From Eledone cirrhosa (Eukaryota): a stretch of 64,000 bases of DNA. Positions 40,859-55,784 of this stretch are shown here, in pieces. Within the stretch, counting starts at the first letter, position 1. Every line of letters begins with the position of its first letter. A program made the position numbers and the translations under genes. Below the pieces are notes generated by a model. That model was not told the origin of the DNA and did not search any database. It saw nothing but the letters and a program-made list of their open reading frames with translations. The DNA lies in contig OZ024741.1 of NCBI GenBank assembly GCA_964016885.1, positions 83,886,001 through 83,950,000 of the forward strand, written 5' to 3'.

Positions 40859-42706
40859 TAATAAAAATAATGAATAGAAACAAAGAAACAGTTCCTTATA
40901 TTAAAAAATTCATCATCCTTTCTAGGATATATATGTGTGTGTTGGTATGTATATCATATAGATCTATGTAAAAATGTTATAAGCTATTTTTACTATGCTA
41001 GAGAAAAACTTCCCGTCAAACCATAAATACCAGCACATTTTAAATAGATCAACGGTCAAATTCTCAGGCTCCACAACCAAAAATATACAACAAAATATAA
41101 GTGCCTACAATGCATATAAATGTAAAAGAAACCATGAATATACCACCAACACATCAAACTAACAATAATACTAAAATAAACCACAGCTAACCATCATCTC
41201 ATTCACATACAACAAGTCGAGAAAATTCCACACCTAATTTGACTAACTCCCCTGATATAACATTCACGAAAAATTGTAACTGTAGAAACAAAGCAAATTT
41301 CCCATTAAAAAGAAATTGCTTTATTAATAACATAGTATATAAATGTAAAATTAGCACTAAGGAGTCAACTTATTCATATATAGGAACTACTTCTAACCAA
41401 TTTAAAGTAAGATTTAATACCCACAAACACAGTTTTAAAAATGCCGCATTACGTCCTACAACATCCTTAGCTGAAATAATTAATAATTATAGAAAAAAGA
41501 ATATCGATTATAGTCCTGGAGTGTGCTCAAAAGAGCCACCCCTTATCAAAATAATAGATATGAATGTAGATTATGTTCCCAGGAACTTTTTGAAATAATG
41601 AAATCTAAGGATGTCCTATTAAATAAGCGACAAGAATTAATTATATCGTGCAATCATAGAATTAGAAAAACTTTCAAATATTATAAACCTAATTAATATA
41701 CACTTATATTTTACAAATTATTATAAATAAATTAATATTCTACTACGAAGAACTGCATAATTTTATTTCCCTTTTACAGCTCTCTTTTCCTAAAATTGAT
41801 ATCAATAAGTATACATATAAACTATTTTAATTTCCTGTTATGAATCTAAATTCCTTGTAATCTATATAAGTTTATTTCTCACTAATACATTTATCCCCAC
41901 AAAAAATGTTTTTCATTCGTTTTTAACAACATTCTTTAATAACATCTAACTCTTATTTATCATATCTATATGAATTAATATAAATTTATACCTATAAATA
42001 TACCTATCAATTAAATTAATTTAATTTCTTTTTATAGATCTAAATTCTTTATGTTTTAAATAAGATTGATATTTTTCACCGACACATTTATCGTAAACTT
42101 TTATTCTCCTTAGATTTTAACATTAGCATTATTCTTTAATAACATCACATTTTCGTGTACCTTTCACCGGCTTGACCTATTTTCACCCCCAAAGTAATCT
42201 TTTCATTCAAAATATACTTTCCATTCAAAACTGAAGTCTGCATTCCTCTACCCCTCAATTAAATTTCTACTACTACTATTCTATCAACTTGACCACTTAC
42301 TACTTTTCTATTGGTCAATTCAAAACCTGTTCCCAAACAGACCTATTATATTAAATCTTTGTTGTTTTTTTTCAATAAACAAATATCATTATTTCTCAAG
42401 ACAGCATATATATGTGTAGGTATGTATATTCCCTCTGATAGTTTGTAAAATTTTTACATAGATCTACATGATATACATACCAACACACACATATATCCTA
42501 GAAACGATCGTAAAATGATGAATTTTTTTAATATAAGGAACTGTTTCTTTGTTTTTATTCATTATTTTTATTAATTCATCTTGATTCTGTTTTCCTATGT
42601 TTTTCATCGAAAAGATTTTGAATATATCTTCTCTTTTCATGATATTTGGATTACATTGAGTTCTTCATACTGATTGGACACTACCGTATATTTTGGTAGA
42701 TTTATC

Positions 42707-42712
<6 letters not shown>
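40855..42712 (+). mobile_element. Degenerate 5'-truncated Naiad PLE with inverted pLTR piece
   Basis: CNCRNK..IVYKC..YIGTTSNQFKVRFNTHKHSF at 41239-41598; 40855-40985 is an inverted copy of ~42440-42575. Confidence 0.8.
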
Positions 42713-42740
<28 letters not shown>

Positions 42741-42744
<4 letters not shown>

Positions 42745-42959
42745 TTAAAATAACAGATTAAAGTTTAAGCAACCAGTTCTGGGTTTACAGATTGACTTTG
42801 TTAGTTTCAGAAGATCCCGTTAAGGGTGAAAGCAGCGATTATTTGCTTAAACTTTAATCTGTTATTTTAATAAATATTTGCTCTACGGTTCTTATATATT
42901 TGATATATATTTTCCTTATCGAGCCCTCTTTGGATTTTAGTCTTCAATTTTATTATTAT

Positions 42960-42964
<5 letters not shown>
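42741..42964 (+). mobile_element. Solo pLTR end of the 7666-13860 Naiad family, with short 5' inversion
   Basis: 42773-42964 matches the reverse complement of 11134-11325; (TA)n on both sides. Confidence 0.9.
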
Positions 42965-43009
<45 letters not shown>

Positions 43010-43012
<3 letters not shown>

Positions 43013-44219
43013 TCCAACGTGCCCTAAAACTCAGTACCCAGGACCTTAGACACCCTAAAGTAAATCAACCGAAACTAAAAGCTCTTCCATACATCTCCAC
43101 ACACAACCCCTCAACAATGAGGCCTTTGACACAATCCTCCAGAACATCCCTGTGTTGAAAAAGGACCATAGAATGAATCAAATCCTACGAGCACACGTTA
43201 TCATAAAGAGCAAAAGACAATCTAAATCAATGAAAAACATCCTAACATGTGCCAAAATACTGCCAACCACAACAACGAAACCCACAGTAAAAAAATGCGA
43301 TAGACCCAACTGTGGCATATGCATCCACCTAATAGAGGGTTCGGAATTATATTTCAAAGAAGGACAACGTTTTATAGTAAAACACAATTTCACATGCGCA
43401 TCAGAAAATCTAATATATGTATTAACTTGCTCAGGTTGTCGAGAACAATACATAGGCCATACCAAAAGCAGCCTCCGCCAACGCATGACTGTCCATAGAT
43501 CCCAAATTAAAATACGGGAATACAGGAAAATACCACTGAGTGAACACATTGATACCTGTGCCGCCCAAAATCATCCCAACATCAGAATCTTTCCCCTCTA
43601 CAAATTTAAAGATAATGCCACCCACACCCCGCGCATCAGCAAGGAATCTTACTTTATTAACAAATACGGACCCCCGTTTAAACACTTCTTCCTAAGACGA
43701 ACCCACAACATACACACGTCAACATACATACCTACATCAGCATACATCTCTATCCACATATAAACACAATGACATACGTAAACACACATGTTCTATAGTG
43801 CAACACAAATATACACAAATTTGCATACCTTTTTATGTCTATAGATATAAACGTGCCGACACACACACATACATAAACGCAAACATGCATTGCACACTAT
43901 TGGGCACATACATATTTGTACACAAGTATTCCAATACGGCAAGGCCTAATGGATTCCTCTTGCAGTACGTACAATCTGGACACCCACACACACCTTGGTA
44001 TTATGCCAATACTATATATCATTTCACACCTTTTATTATTAAGGTTTTTGATGTTCTATTGAGATAATCGTTTTTACTGAAAATATCGAATAATGAACAC
44101 CATTTTACCAGTATCACAAAATTAAATACTGGTCCACCCACACACACACACATTCTCACACACACACACATACATATATACACACACACATACACACGCG
44201 TACATTAACATACAAAGAG

Positions 44220-44278
<59 letters not shown>

Positions 44279-44789
44279 TCTTAATAGGCATTTGAACTGT
44301 CAACAGGGTGCGGTTCGCGCACACATCCCTGCTGACCATTATCACAACAACGAACCTCTTTACTACTACTACTACACACACACATATTTGTTTTGAAAGA
44401 CTTATTTTTCAGTGACTTCTCAATCAGCCGACACAAACCTACATTTGGTGCAAAATCAATTTTTTACATTCACATGACCTCTACCGACCAATCAAAATTG
44501 TTTGACCACAATAATTTTTGCAACACAAATTGGCGCAAAACTTATTTTAATACCGCTGGAGCCACTTTTTTCACATAAAAACAGGTAGAATTTCCCAAAC
44601 TAATCAGATTAGAGCAAACATCACGGACGCTCTATCTCAAAATTATTTTTGAAAAGCATTAGAAATGCGCAACCGGTAAAACTTAAAACCAAAACTGAAT
44701 ACTAACCAATACTATTACTAATTCTCACTTATTCCTAATTAAACTATTTTTCACTGTAAACAATTTGTCAGCATTTTCTTTTCCGTTTA

Positions 44790-44793
<4 letters not shown>
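43010..44793 (+). mobile_element. 5'-truncated Neptune-type PLE (GIY-YIG ORF 43152-43763 plus 3' pLTR)
   Basis: CDRPNCGIC..FTCASENLIYVLTCSGC..YIGHT..LRQRMTVH; homologous to 48811-49400. Confidence 0.85.
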
Positions 44794-44854
<61 letters not shown>

Positions 44855-45513
44855 TCGTGTGCTTGGAGGTTTGTGTGTGTTTCTGAGAGTATACCTTTAT
44901 ACTAAAAAATATACAATTTATTAATCAAGGTCTATATATCACCTACTCCCCAACAATATCAGTAAAACCGTATATAGTATTCACAAAAATGCTAGTCAGA
45001 TAGAATGATAGATCTGACGTTGTTGAAGACTTAAATGGAAGGCCATAATTATGTATAGAACGGTGTGGAGACGGAGGCAGTGGATAAACACAGAAATATA
45101 ATTCCATCAATTCTTTTTACTGATCTTTTTTTTTTTGCATTTGCCAAGACAACCAGGATTATATCTTAGATTACTGCAACACTATTTCCATACGGTTTGA
45201 GGAATATATATATTATTAGATTCCACCATGGATAGCCACATGCTATAAACTCTCTCCAAATGCATGACATCATCATTATTACACAGATCTCTGACTTTTG
45301 TTCCTAACCTACTGGAATGTCTTATAGTAATTCTATATTTGGCACATATATTTTGATTCCCCCAAGAGAAATATGGTGAGATTTTAAGATTGGTTTTGTC
45401 ATATATTTTCTCAATGATTTATATATGTGTGAGCTGGATTGAGGTTTCAATCTGCGTCGTATATATTATTAGCAATGGTGACACATCACCGACACAGGTG
45501 AGGTTAGACAATA

Positions 45514-45646
<133 letters not shown>

Positions 45647-46405
45647 TAGACGTGTGTGTGTGTGTGTGTGTGTGTACAAATATTCATTCTTACATATATA
45701 CAATAATCACTATATGGAGAGTGAAAATGACAGCTACACACACAGAACTATATAACCTATAATTTGTTGAAATCTGGGACTATGTATTTCTTGAATCAAG
45801 ACCCAGCCAACATGACCACCAATTCCACTCCTGGTAATCACTAGAAAGTGATTCAGTGTGACACGCATTGTGAGACATAGTCCATCAGACGGGCTTCCAA
45901 ACAGTTTCACTCTCACAAATTTCTCACCCAACCTTTCATTCGACTCAAGACTATGTTGAGAAATATTTATCCACGCAATGTTATCATTGACTATACCTTA
46001 GAATGAAGATGTAAACTTATTTATGTAGTGTGTGTTTATTTTAAACCTTGTCTTTCTTTGCATCTCATCATCCATTCTTTCTACATTGTATGATAACATT
46101 CTTCATGGTATTTGTTAGTTTGTTTTTTTATTCGTGTATTTATATTTCTTGATTTGCGGCTTTGTTTCAACTTTGTTTCGACTTTGTTTCGACATTGTTT
46201 CAACATTAGTATTTTCAAATATTGTCAATGTACTTAATTATGTACACACACACATGTTCTCGCGCTAAGTTCTTAAAAAATGCACTGGGATTTAAAACAC
46301 CGTTTCTTGTCTCATTGATTGTGCAAGAACAGTAATTTAAGCAGCTTGTGGAGTCATTGACAAAATACAACTGATTAATTTCGTAAAGGCCATTATATAT
46401 ATATG

Positions 46406-46447
<42 letters not shown>

Positions 46448-46655
46448 CGTGTGAAGTTATATATCTGGCGACATACGGTATGTTTATAAATGAACATTTA
46501 GAAAGCCTTCCACAATAAATTTGAAAACTGACATTATAGCGCCATCTAGTGTGTTCCAACAGCAGCAAAGTACGGGCAACCAGTGATGATGAGGTCATCA
46601 TTTCTGACTTTAGTCGTTAACAAACTGGTACTGTTAACCGCTTATTGTTGGAACA

Positions 46656-46843
46656 TAATTGTTTCTACTTTTGGCACAAGACCAGCAATTACCCAGTGCA
46701 TTACTGGTACTTTATTTTATCGACCCCGTAAGGATGAAAGGCAAAGTTAACCTCGGCGGGATTTGAACTCAGTCTGTAAAGGTACGTAACTGTGCTGCAA
46801 AGCATGGCGTCCGAACCTCTACCGATACTGCCAATTCACCGCC
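46656..46843 (-). mobile_element. SINE family A, full length
   Basis: Closely matches the reverse complement of 10503-10693. Confidence 0.9.
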
Positions 46844-47510
46844 CTAAAAGTTGAAAGCGGCTATATATGCCTCTTGACCAGGATTGAACCCAAGGACAGG
46901 ATCTCCACCGTCTCTAGCACCTACGGCTAGGTCACGGAACATAATATAAGTCAACAAGTTTAGAAGCCTATTTACATTGGCTGATCAGCCAAAATTGCAT
47001 ATTGAGTCACGGCTCAGCCGCAGTTAAAATAAGGACATTAACTCTAACAGAGCTTTGTATATGAAATATGTGAAGTTTTATATCTGGTGACATACGCTTT
47101 GTTTAGCATAAAGCCATGGTTAATAATGTAACACTCCCGCAACGTGTAGCTCGAGTATATTTCGGTTTGAGATGAGAACGATGCATATATAAATACTATA
47201 TCAAAAACATAACGGTATGAAGGTCTACGTTTGTATATATTGAATAACCAATACACGAAATACATACATATATACACAACCGAAAAGACTATTGTTCTTT
47301 AAAATAAATGATGTTCACTACCAAATTACATGAAAGTTTCCTCACAGAGGAGAAAGTATTTCATAAATAATTGTATATATAAATTATAATAGATCTAAAT
47401 GGGAGAGCCACAATTTGCATAATATATTCATAATCTAATTATACATCCGAATATATATACATATATATATTTCAATTTAAAATATAAATGTATGAATGAG
47501 AGAAAGAGCC

Positions 47511-47629
<119 letters not shown>

Positions 47630-47694
47630 AAAGATGAAATCGAAAATGCAACTGGAGTCTTTTTTTTTTTTTTTTTTTTTTTAAATATATATAT

Positions 47695-48271
47695 ATATTT
47701 GGTTTCATTATCGGTTTCGCAGTTCTTCTGATTTTCAAAAGTAGAGTTAAGATGGAGGGTCTGTGGTTTTTCTCACATCTGGTTGGTCTCTGAATGTTAC
47801 TTGTTATATATGGAAAAAGTGGCTCGAAATGCCAGGTTTTTCGAGAAGTAGTTTGATTGGTTGGTCAATAATTATAATAAATTTCGCGCCAGTTCGCGTT
47901 ACAAAGTTCTTCAAACAAGGGGGGGGGGGGGTCACAGGTTGTTTTTTTCATATATATGAGTGTTTGAATTTCTTTTTACTTAAAAAAAGGGGGCTCACGA
48001 AGGCTTTTTTTTAATAAACGTAATTTGATTGGTTATAAATGAAATTATGGTTGTCACGTGAACAAGTTTTCATTCAATTTTCGCGCCCTTATTTGGAAAT
48101 CTATTCTGTAGCCTTTTTAGAGAATGTTATCACAAGCAAAAGATAATGGTCAAGAGAAATGGGATGGGAGAATTGTTCTGGTTCAGTGAATATGGTTAGA
48201 TCGCTGGGGTGTCAGAATTCAGATTTTCTATTGTATAAAGAAAGTAAAGATATGTATGTTTATTTGTGTGC

Positions 48272-48326
<55 letters not shown>

Positions 48327-51300
48327 TATTGGAAGATGATTCTATTAGTAGAAATGGGGGAGGGAGTTGTGTGTGCGTGTATATGGGTGTTATGTGTGTT
48401 TGTGTGCGAGTATGTTAAGATGGAGAGAATATATATTTTGTGTGTGTGTATATATGTGTGTAGGAAAGTGATTCTATTAGTAGAAATGGGGAGGGAGTTG
48501 TGTATGTGGGTGTGGGGGTTGTTATGTGTGTGTATGGGTGTTATATGTGTGGGAGTATGATTAGCATGTTAAGATGTATATATATATTGTGTGTGTGTGA
48601 ATGTGTGTGTGTGTGTGTGTGTGTAGCAAAATGATTCCTTTAGTAGGAATATATTTGAATGAACATATTTTCCTTACTTATTCGTATTTGTTCTGTTGTA
48701 TTGTCAGTGCAAACGTATGTTTAGGTTTATTTAGTTGGGGTTTTTATTTTCTAAAGTAGAAGGTGTTATGTGTGTGTGTATGTCATGTTATGGTGTTGAC
48801 ATAATGTATATTAAACCATATTTAATGCTGGTCTATATTTTTGAATAAACATATTTTCCTTATTTATTCGTATTTGTTCTGTTGTATTGTTAGTGCAAAG
48901 GTAAAATGGGAAGACTTGGAATTTGGGTGTCTTATTACTTGCGCAAATGTCTAGATGTGCGCTTAGTGGTATCTGTCTCGTGGTTGGATCTCCTAATTGT
49001 TGGTGATGAACTGTCATTCTCTTTCTGAGTGTGAGTTTAGTTTGTCCTATATAATCTTCATTACATCCTTTAATTTGCATCATTTAATGGCATAAAGAAG
49101 ATTTTTTGATGAGCAAGTGAAGTGATTTTTTACAGCAAAATTTTGTCCTGATTTAAATGTATACGTGTTGCCTTCAATGAAGTGAGTGCAGGTTTCACAA
49201 TTAGAGCGACCACATTTTTTGATACTTGGTTGTGGGTTTGTGGTAGGTAATTTGGCATTGGTGAGTAATGTTTTCAGTGATTTCGGTTGTCTTTTGCTTT
49301 TGATTATTTTGTGTGTTTCAAAGGCTTTTTTCATTCTCGGGTTTTGTTTTAGTAGTGGGATGTTCTTGTGAATAGTGTTGTAAGCTTCCGCATTTCTTGG
49401 GTTGTGTGTTGAGATATATGATAGAATATTGGACGTACCTTGAATTTGTTTCTGTTTTCGTAATTCATCAATGCCTATTGCTTTAGCCCTTTATATTCCA
49501 TTATTTATTAGTAATAGTGGGTACTCTCTCTCGAGTAGAATTTCCTTTAATTCTTGAAGTCTTTTATTTCGCGTTTCATAATTGGAGACAATTGTGCAAA
49601 TTCTTCTTGCTAGGTTAAAAGGAATGTTCGTCTTCGTGTGCTTTGGATGGTTGGAGGTGAATAACAGGTATTGTTTGGAATCTGTTGGTTTGTAGTGTAT
49701 GTCAGTTTCGATATTTGTGTCTTTTTTAAAGATTAAGATGTCCAGAAATGGGAGTTGATCTTGGCTGTATTCCATTGTGAATTGGATGTGGTTATTGATG
49801 CCGTTTATTAAGTTTTTGAAATCCTTCAGTTAGTCGAGTGTTTGGAACCAAAGAATGAGACAATCATCCAAGTAGCGTTTCCAATTCTCTGATAAATATT
49901 TGTGGAAGTTCAATCCGTATTTAGATTTGGACTGTTCATATATCTGGACATCTAAGTATGCCATGACTAAGTTGGCATAATTTGGAGCGGCTTTTGTACC
50001 CATCGCAGTCCCCGATATTTGCTTGTAAGTATTGCCATCGAAATAAAAAAGTTGTTCTGTAAGATGAATTGTAATCCCTCGGTGATGAAGCTTTTTTCTA
50101 TTCTGTCAGGTATCTCATTGGGATATTTCTCTAGCCAGAATCCTATTGCTTCTAGTCCGTATTGGTGTGGGATCGTTATGTAGAGATTCACTACATCGAA
50201 AGACACAATAATAGTGTCGTTGTTGACATGTTTGGGGAGGTGATTTAAGAGGTCCAGATCGTCTCTTACAAGGCTTGGTATGTGTTTGAGAATTGGTTTT
50301 AGTAGTATGTCTATAAAGTTGCTCAGTCTGTGTGTTTCACATTGAGGGCCCGCTACAATTGGTCTTAATTTAAGGTATGTGGGGGTATTGTGTGTTCACG
50401 CAGGCTGAGGTGGATTGTTTACAGGCATCGTTAATTATTTTACACTTGTGGATCTTTGGAAGTCCGTAAAGGTTGCTGGTTTTGTATTCAAAAAGTGTTA
50501 AATAATCGCGTTCATTTTTAGTTAGGTCTTCCTGGTATCGATAAATCAGTGTGTTTAATCGGGTCATTGTTTTTGATTGCTGGTAGTTTTTTACTCTTTC
50601 ATAGTAATTAGTATTTTGTAAGAGAGAGAATATAGAATGTTTATATTTTTCAGCCTCCATAATGACAACAGTGCTTCCCTTGTCCGCTTGCTTAATTATA
50701 ATGTCTGTATTGTTTTTTAGTTCATGGATAATCTACCATTCCCTTCGACTTGGGTTTGGTTTTAGGTTGCGGTAGTTCATGGTATGGGAAGGTAGCTATG
50801 TGGTCACACAATTTGTCCAGAACTCTGTTTCTGCCTTTTGTTGGGTTGTAGCTGCTTTTATTCCGTACAATTGATTCGTCGTTATTCTCCTTGTCAAAGA
50901 ATTCCTCTGTGAGACGTAATTTTCTACAGAAGTGTGATATATCGTCATTTATCTCATTGGGGTTAGAGTATTGTGGTGTTGGTGTGAATTTCAGTCCTTT
51001 GGAGAGAATTTTTACTTGTTGGGCTGAGAGGTTTGTATTTGAAAGGTTGATTATTTTTGGTTTTTCAAAATCGGTTTGTGCCACCGGGTGTTGTGAGTCC
51101 TGTAGCCTTGGTCTAAAAAATGATTTTTCTGGAATGTTTTTTCAATGGTATTATTATATCTAATGGTATTTCCCCAGTTGTTGTGTGGTCTTGTATAGAA
51201 GTTTCGGACGTATTGAGGTTCGGTTTGTTGATAGTCCGGTTTGTAGATTTTGTTCCTTTGTGTGGGTTGGGATCTACGGTTTTGGAACAGGCTCTGTGTG

Positions 51301-52330
51301 GGCAGGGGTATACGGTTTTGGAATAGGTTTTGTGTGGATTGTGATCTGCAGATCGGGTCCTGCCTTGTGTTCGGGGATCTTCGGTTTTTGTTAGTAGGGT
51401 TATAGTTTTGTCTATGGTTACTGGGATTATCGTTATAGTTTTGCTGGTGGTATGTTGGACGTTTTGTTACTTTTTTTGTTATTTGTTGTGCATATGGTGT
51501 GTGAGTTTTAGTTTGGTTTAAAAATGGGTTACCTGTATGTTGTTCCTTTTTGAAGTCCATTTCGTAGTTGTTGAACCAGGTGGCGTTTTTTTCCTATCGC
51601 TGGAGGGATGTTAGTTCTTCATCCTCACGGTTTTCTTTCCAAAGTTTTAGGGTTTTTTTGTAGAGTAGACCTTCAGAGTGCTTTGAGATTTCTGTGTCCA
51701 TCTGTTGGTCGAGTGACTTGAATTTTTCTTCGTTGGAGTTGGCTCTTAATTGCAACAGTTCTATTTCTGTTTTCAATCTTTCTAACGCCATTTTTTCCCT
51801 AAGTCTTTGTTGGTTTTCTGGTTCATTCGGGATGGGTTTTATTTGGAGTTTTTGGGGAGGATGATTGTGGTAGAGTTTAGCCACTTTTCATATATGTCTG
51901 CCCTGCCATTATTTTTTAGGAGATTCCAAAGGGCGAATTTGCGGGCTGTGAGCTTTTGAGTCCATATGTGATTAGGGTATTTTTCACTGAGTGGACATCT
52001 CGTAGATTGGGTTCTAACGGTTGTTCCAGCTTTTGGAGCATTGCTGTTTCAATGGTTTCGATTAGTTTAGTTATTGCTGGAGTAATATTCGTCTCTTGGG
52101 TATTTTCTGTTTCCGCGTGGGGTCCTTTTTTATAGATGTGTATTTGGTCCACTTTGTTGGTCAAAATTGAGAGTTTAGAGGAAATCTCTTTGAGTTCATT
52201 TAAGATGTCCTGGTTCAGTGAGTTGTTGTTTTGTTGAGACTTTGGTGGCATTTTCGGTCTTCGTGTGGTGGGTATATATTAGAAAGTGAGGTTTAAAAAA
52301 AATATCTTTATATCTGTCGAGATCCCTACA
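47695..52330 (-). mobile_element. Near full-length, frameshifted Neptune-type PLE
   Basis: INLS..LSKGLKFTPTP, LYGLPKIHK, RPIVAGP, FDVVNLY..IPH, GTAMGT.AAP.YANL, RYLDD, PFLDI..YKPTD, CGRSNC..C, YIGQT..RKRMTVH across 52251-48811. Confidence 0.9.
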
Positions 52331-52418
52331 TACATATATATTTTAATTTGAAATAGTAATGTTCTGGGCAAGCTTCGATTAAGATGTTCTATATATATGT
52401 TACGATAACTGCAGTTAC

Positions 52419-52456
<38 letters not shown>

Positions 52457-52579
52457 ATGTAAAGTACCAGGAGGCCTACAGCTGATATCCGGCCGTTTCG
52501 GCAGCTAGATCCACTCTACTACCCCAAGTATCGAGTATTCTGGTGGGTTATGGTCCACCTGGTATTTTACCACACCCTA

Positions 52580-52615
<36 letters not shown>

Positions 52616-52739
52616 GGGGGGGGGGAGTGCGCGTGCGTATGTGTATGCGTACATTTGGTAATTACTGTGTTTTTTTTATCCGTAAGAATTAAGTTGTGAT
52701 GTTTCATTGTTAAACAGGTTTGTTGGGTGCACATTTTAG

Positions 52740-53750
52740 AATATAAACTTAAATATTAGGGCCAGTCGATGAATGCTTTAATACGATATCTGAAGTGATC
52801 TTTATACATTTTGGGCATTTTGGAAAGTTATGATTGATTTCACAGCTTTTATAATTTCATAGAGTACTGATTGACTTCTCTCTTGACTACATCCCATAGA
52901 AAGTAGTCCAAATTATTTATTCCTAGAGAACTATGAGTCTACATGTTTGGTGAGATGTGATCGCGGGGATTGTAACTCCTTATTTCTTGAGCTGTTTTAT
53001 CCTTATAAGGCGCAAAGTTTTACAGGATGGTGTTCTTTGATCATCTTCTCTATTCAGAGACTCATAACACGCCCAACAACTCATTATAGTCAGAACCCTT
53101 GACCCTTAAACCCAGAGGAAAACTGTGAGCAGGTATGACATCCCACTTACTGTCCACGACACCCAGAATCCTCACAATTGCCAAAAACCTTGAGTAAATG
53201 ACCGTTGGAACGTCTTTTTGTTGCTCTGCATAACTATTTGTCATACGTTGGTTTGACCTTTCCGTTCTCATCCAAGTTTTTCTCATCACAGAAGAAGCAA
53301 CGCATCCGGATATCCTAATGCTTCAGCTTGTTCACAGGGTGTCTGCGAGGGTCATGCGGTTATATTTTGTTTTTGTAGACAGGAATTGGTCTCTCCGCAT
53401 CACATATGACTTGTATCGAAGGTCTTCATGTACATTTCTTCCGATAGTGTACATTGAAGTGTACTCCGTATGCAGTTCATATATATCCCTTTTTGCACCT
53501 TTCGTACAAATGTAGGTGTTCTGGTAGTATTAAGATACTTAGTAAGCCTTTTACGTTAGGTTACTCCTGTAGTGTATCCGGCAACAGCTTTCAGCTCTTT
53601 GCGAAATTTCAGAACAAAAGACCGTGCAAATTTCAGGAAGAATCTGTAAATCTTTATGCTCTACCCTTAAGGCAATGATTATAGCATGCCTTTTCGTTTG
53701 CTGTGTTAACTGGATGTGGCCCATCATTCATCCGGAAAAAATATATAATC
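52740..53750 (-). pseudogene. Decayed Tc1/mariner (DD37D/maT-like) transposase
   Basis: Minus-strand pieces VHEDLRYKSYVMRR.QFL, FF.DEKNLD, KDVPTV..LGVV..IPAHSFPLGLRV; boundaries approximate. Confidence 0.7.
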
Positions 53751-54420
53751 AGAACAACTTAGCAAATAGTTAGAGCTATAAAAAGACGTTTCCTCAAAGA
53801 ACTGAACAACCCTGTATTTGAATACGATAAGCTTTAGTTAGATATGATTATCGTTAGAAGACGAGACTATGAAATAATTGAACTCAGAGGGTAACCGCCC
53901 CGAAAGTCATAGGCATATGTATTTTCTGATAACGGCGCCAGAACATTGGAAATGCTGACATAACATTAACTACCAATATTTTACTCTGTTCAGAGAGATG
54001 ATTTGAAAATGTTTACACTTCACATATTAGTTTGAAATTTGTCGTGTTTGTGCACAGGGATGAATATATATTACACATCAGCTGTTTAATGCTGACTTTA
54101 ATACTTGAGTCTGTTAACATCTTAAGTACTCAAATTATGCAAATGGACAAGTCGACTTTCGTTTTTAGTTATGGTTAAAGTGTATATGAAGCCTCTCGTA
54201 ACACATTTCTTGTTGGATTGTGGTCGATGTAGATGGATTCATAGGATAGCTTCTCAACAAAGAGCGACATTCGGTTCAAGTTATTTATCTATTTTCTCTC
54301 AACCGTGGTATGCTTAAAATAAGATGTGCAAGCGCATTTCTCAAATCTTCAGATACAGCCTGTATTGTTTGTGTGCAAATATGAACCTATAGTACATTTC
54401 AGCTGGTTATTGTACTAATT

Positions 54421-54488
<68 letters not shown>

Positions 54489-55073
54489 CAGTTCTGTGAA
54501 TATTCAAACACAGGTGTGATATTATTGGATTATATCATATTTCGTTTTCGCGAAGTTTCCATTCATTATAAATAAGTTTTGGGAGTTTCAGACTGCAGAT
54601 TATTGACAATACGTATTATAAGATTGAAAGACATGATGGTTTTATGGCGATTTCTCATATCATGGCACTGACATCAGTTTGTAAACCGTGAAGATATTAA
54701 CTCAATGAGGACCGGATTTATAATATGAGAAATGAGATGGCATTCAAAATTCTATCGCTATCAATAATGTATCATAATCTATAAAGCTCAGTGTGTGGTC
54801 ATGCTCCTTCGTTATAGAAATCTACGATATAGAATTTCTTCAATTGAAATTTACAATTCAGTATTCGAAATAGTTTCGATTGCGTCTTGACGCAGATAAT
54901 TGACGCAGATAATTTTTTCAATTTCACCCACAATTACGCAAAAAAATAGATAAAACTTAATATTTTACGATTTAAACTGCTGAACACTTTCTACTACCAT
55001 TCAAAATCTATACAACTTCATACTTTCTGCTACTTTCTCTTTCCAAGCTTGATGGTGATACTGTCCGTTCACA

Positions 55074-55497
55074 CTCCCTACTGTCTTAAATTTAGAAAAC
55101 ACATATCCTCTATGAGGTTACGAAACCTGCTAGAAACAGCAGCTAACTCTCCCCCATATCACACCCCTCCCCACACCACTCCCTACTGTCTTAAATTTAG
55201 AAAACACATATCCTCTATGAGGTTACTAAACCTGCTAGAAACAGCAGCTAACTCTCCCCCATATCACACCCCTCCCCACACCACTCCCTACTGTCTTAAA
55301 TTTAGAAAACACATATCCTCTATGAGGTTACTAAACCTGCTAGAAACAGCAGCTAACTCTCCCCCATATCACACCCCTCCCTACTGTCTTAAATTTAGAA
55401 AACATATCTTCTATGAGGTCACTAAACCTGCTAGAAACAGCAGCTAACTCTCCCTCATATCACAACCCTCCCTACTGTCTTAAATTTAGAAAACACA
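55074..55497. repeat. Minisatellite, ~105/92-bp unit x4
   Basis: CTCCCTACTGTCTTAAATTTAGAAAACA at 55074, 55179, 55284, 55377, 55468. Confidence 0.95.
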
Positions 55498-55754
55498 CAA
55501 ACAACCATGCAGAACAACTCCATCGCAGCTCTGTTGTTCGGCTGGCATCGTCTACGCGCGTGTTGAGCAAGTACTGTGAAACAATAAATTTCAACACTTT
55601 TTTGCACAGAGATAATATCCATAGGCGAAACTACAATTGTCACTGCTGGCGCAGCTCATGCTTCCGGGTCTGCAATTCATTCACCCAGTGCCTGGCAGAC
55701 AAAAAAGTGCTGCCATAAAATGGGTGGTGCAACCTAACTTTGGTAACTTAATGA

Positions 55755-55784
55755 CCCCGAGCAACGCCGGACTTTAATGCTAGT
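55755..55784 (+). mobile_element. Helitron-like 3' terminus
   Basis: CCCCGAGCAACGCCGG hairpin-like motif followed by CTAG|T. Confidence 0.5.

Noticed and set aside
55074-55497. Hammerhead in the 105-bp minisatellite (CTATGA..GAAA)
   Set aside because: The core lacks CUGA spacing, and stems I and III do not form
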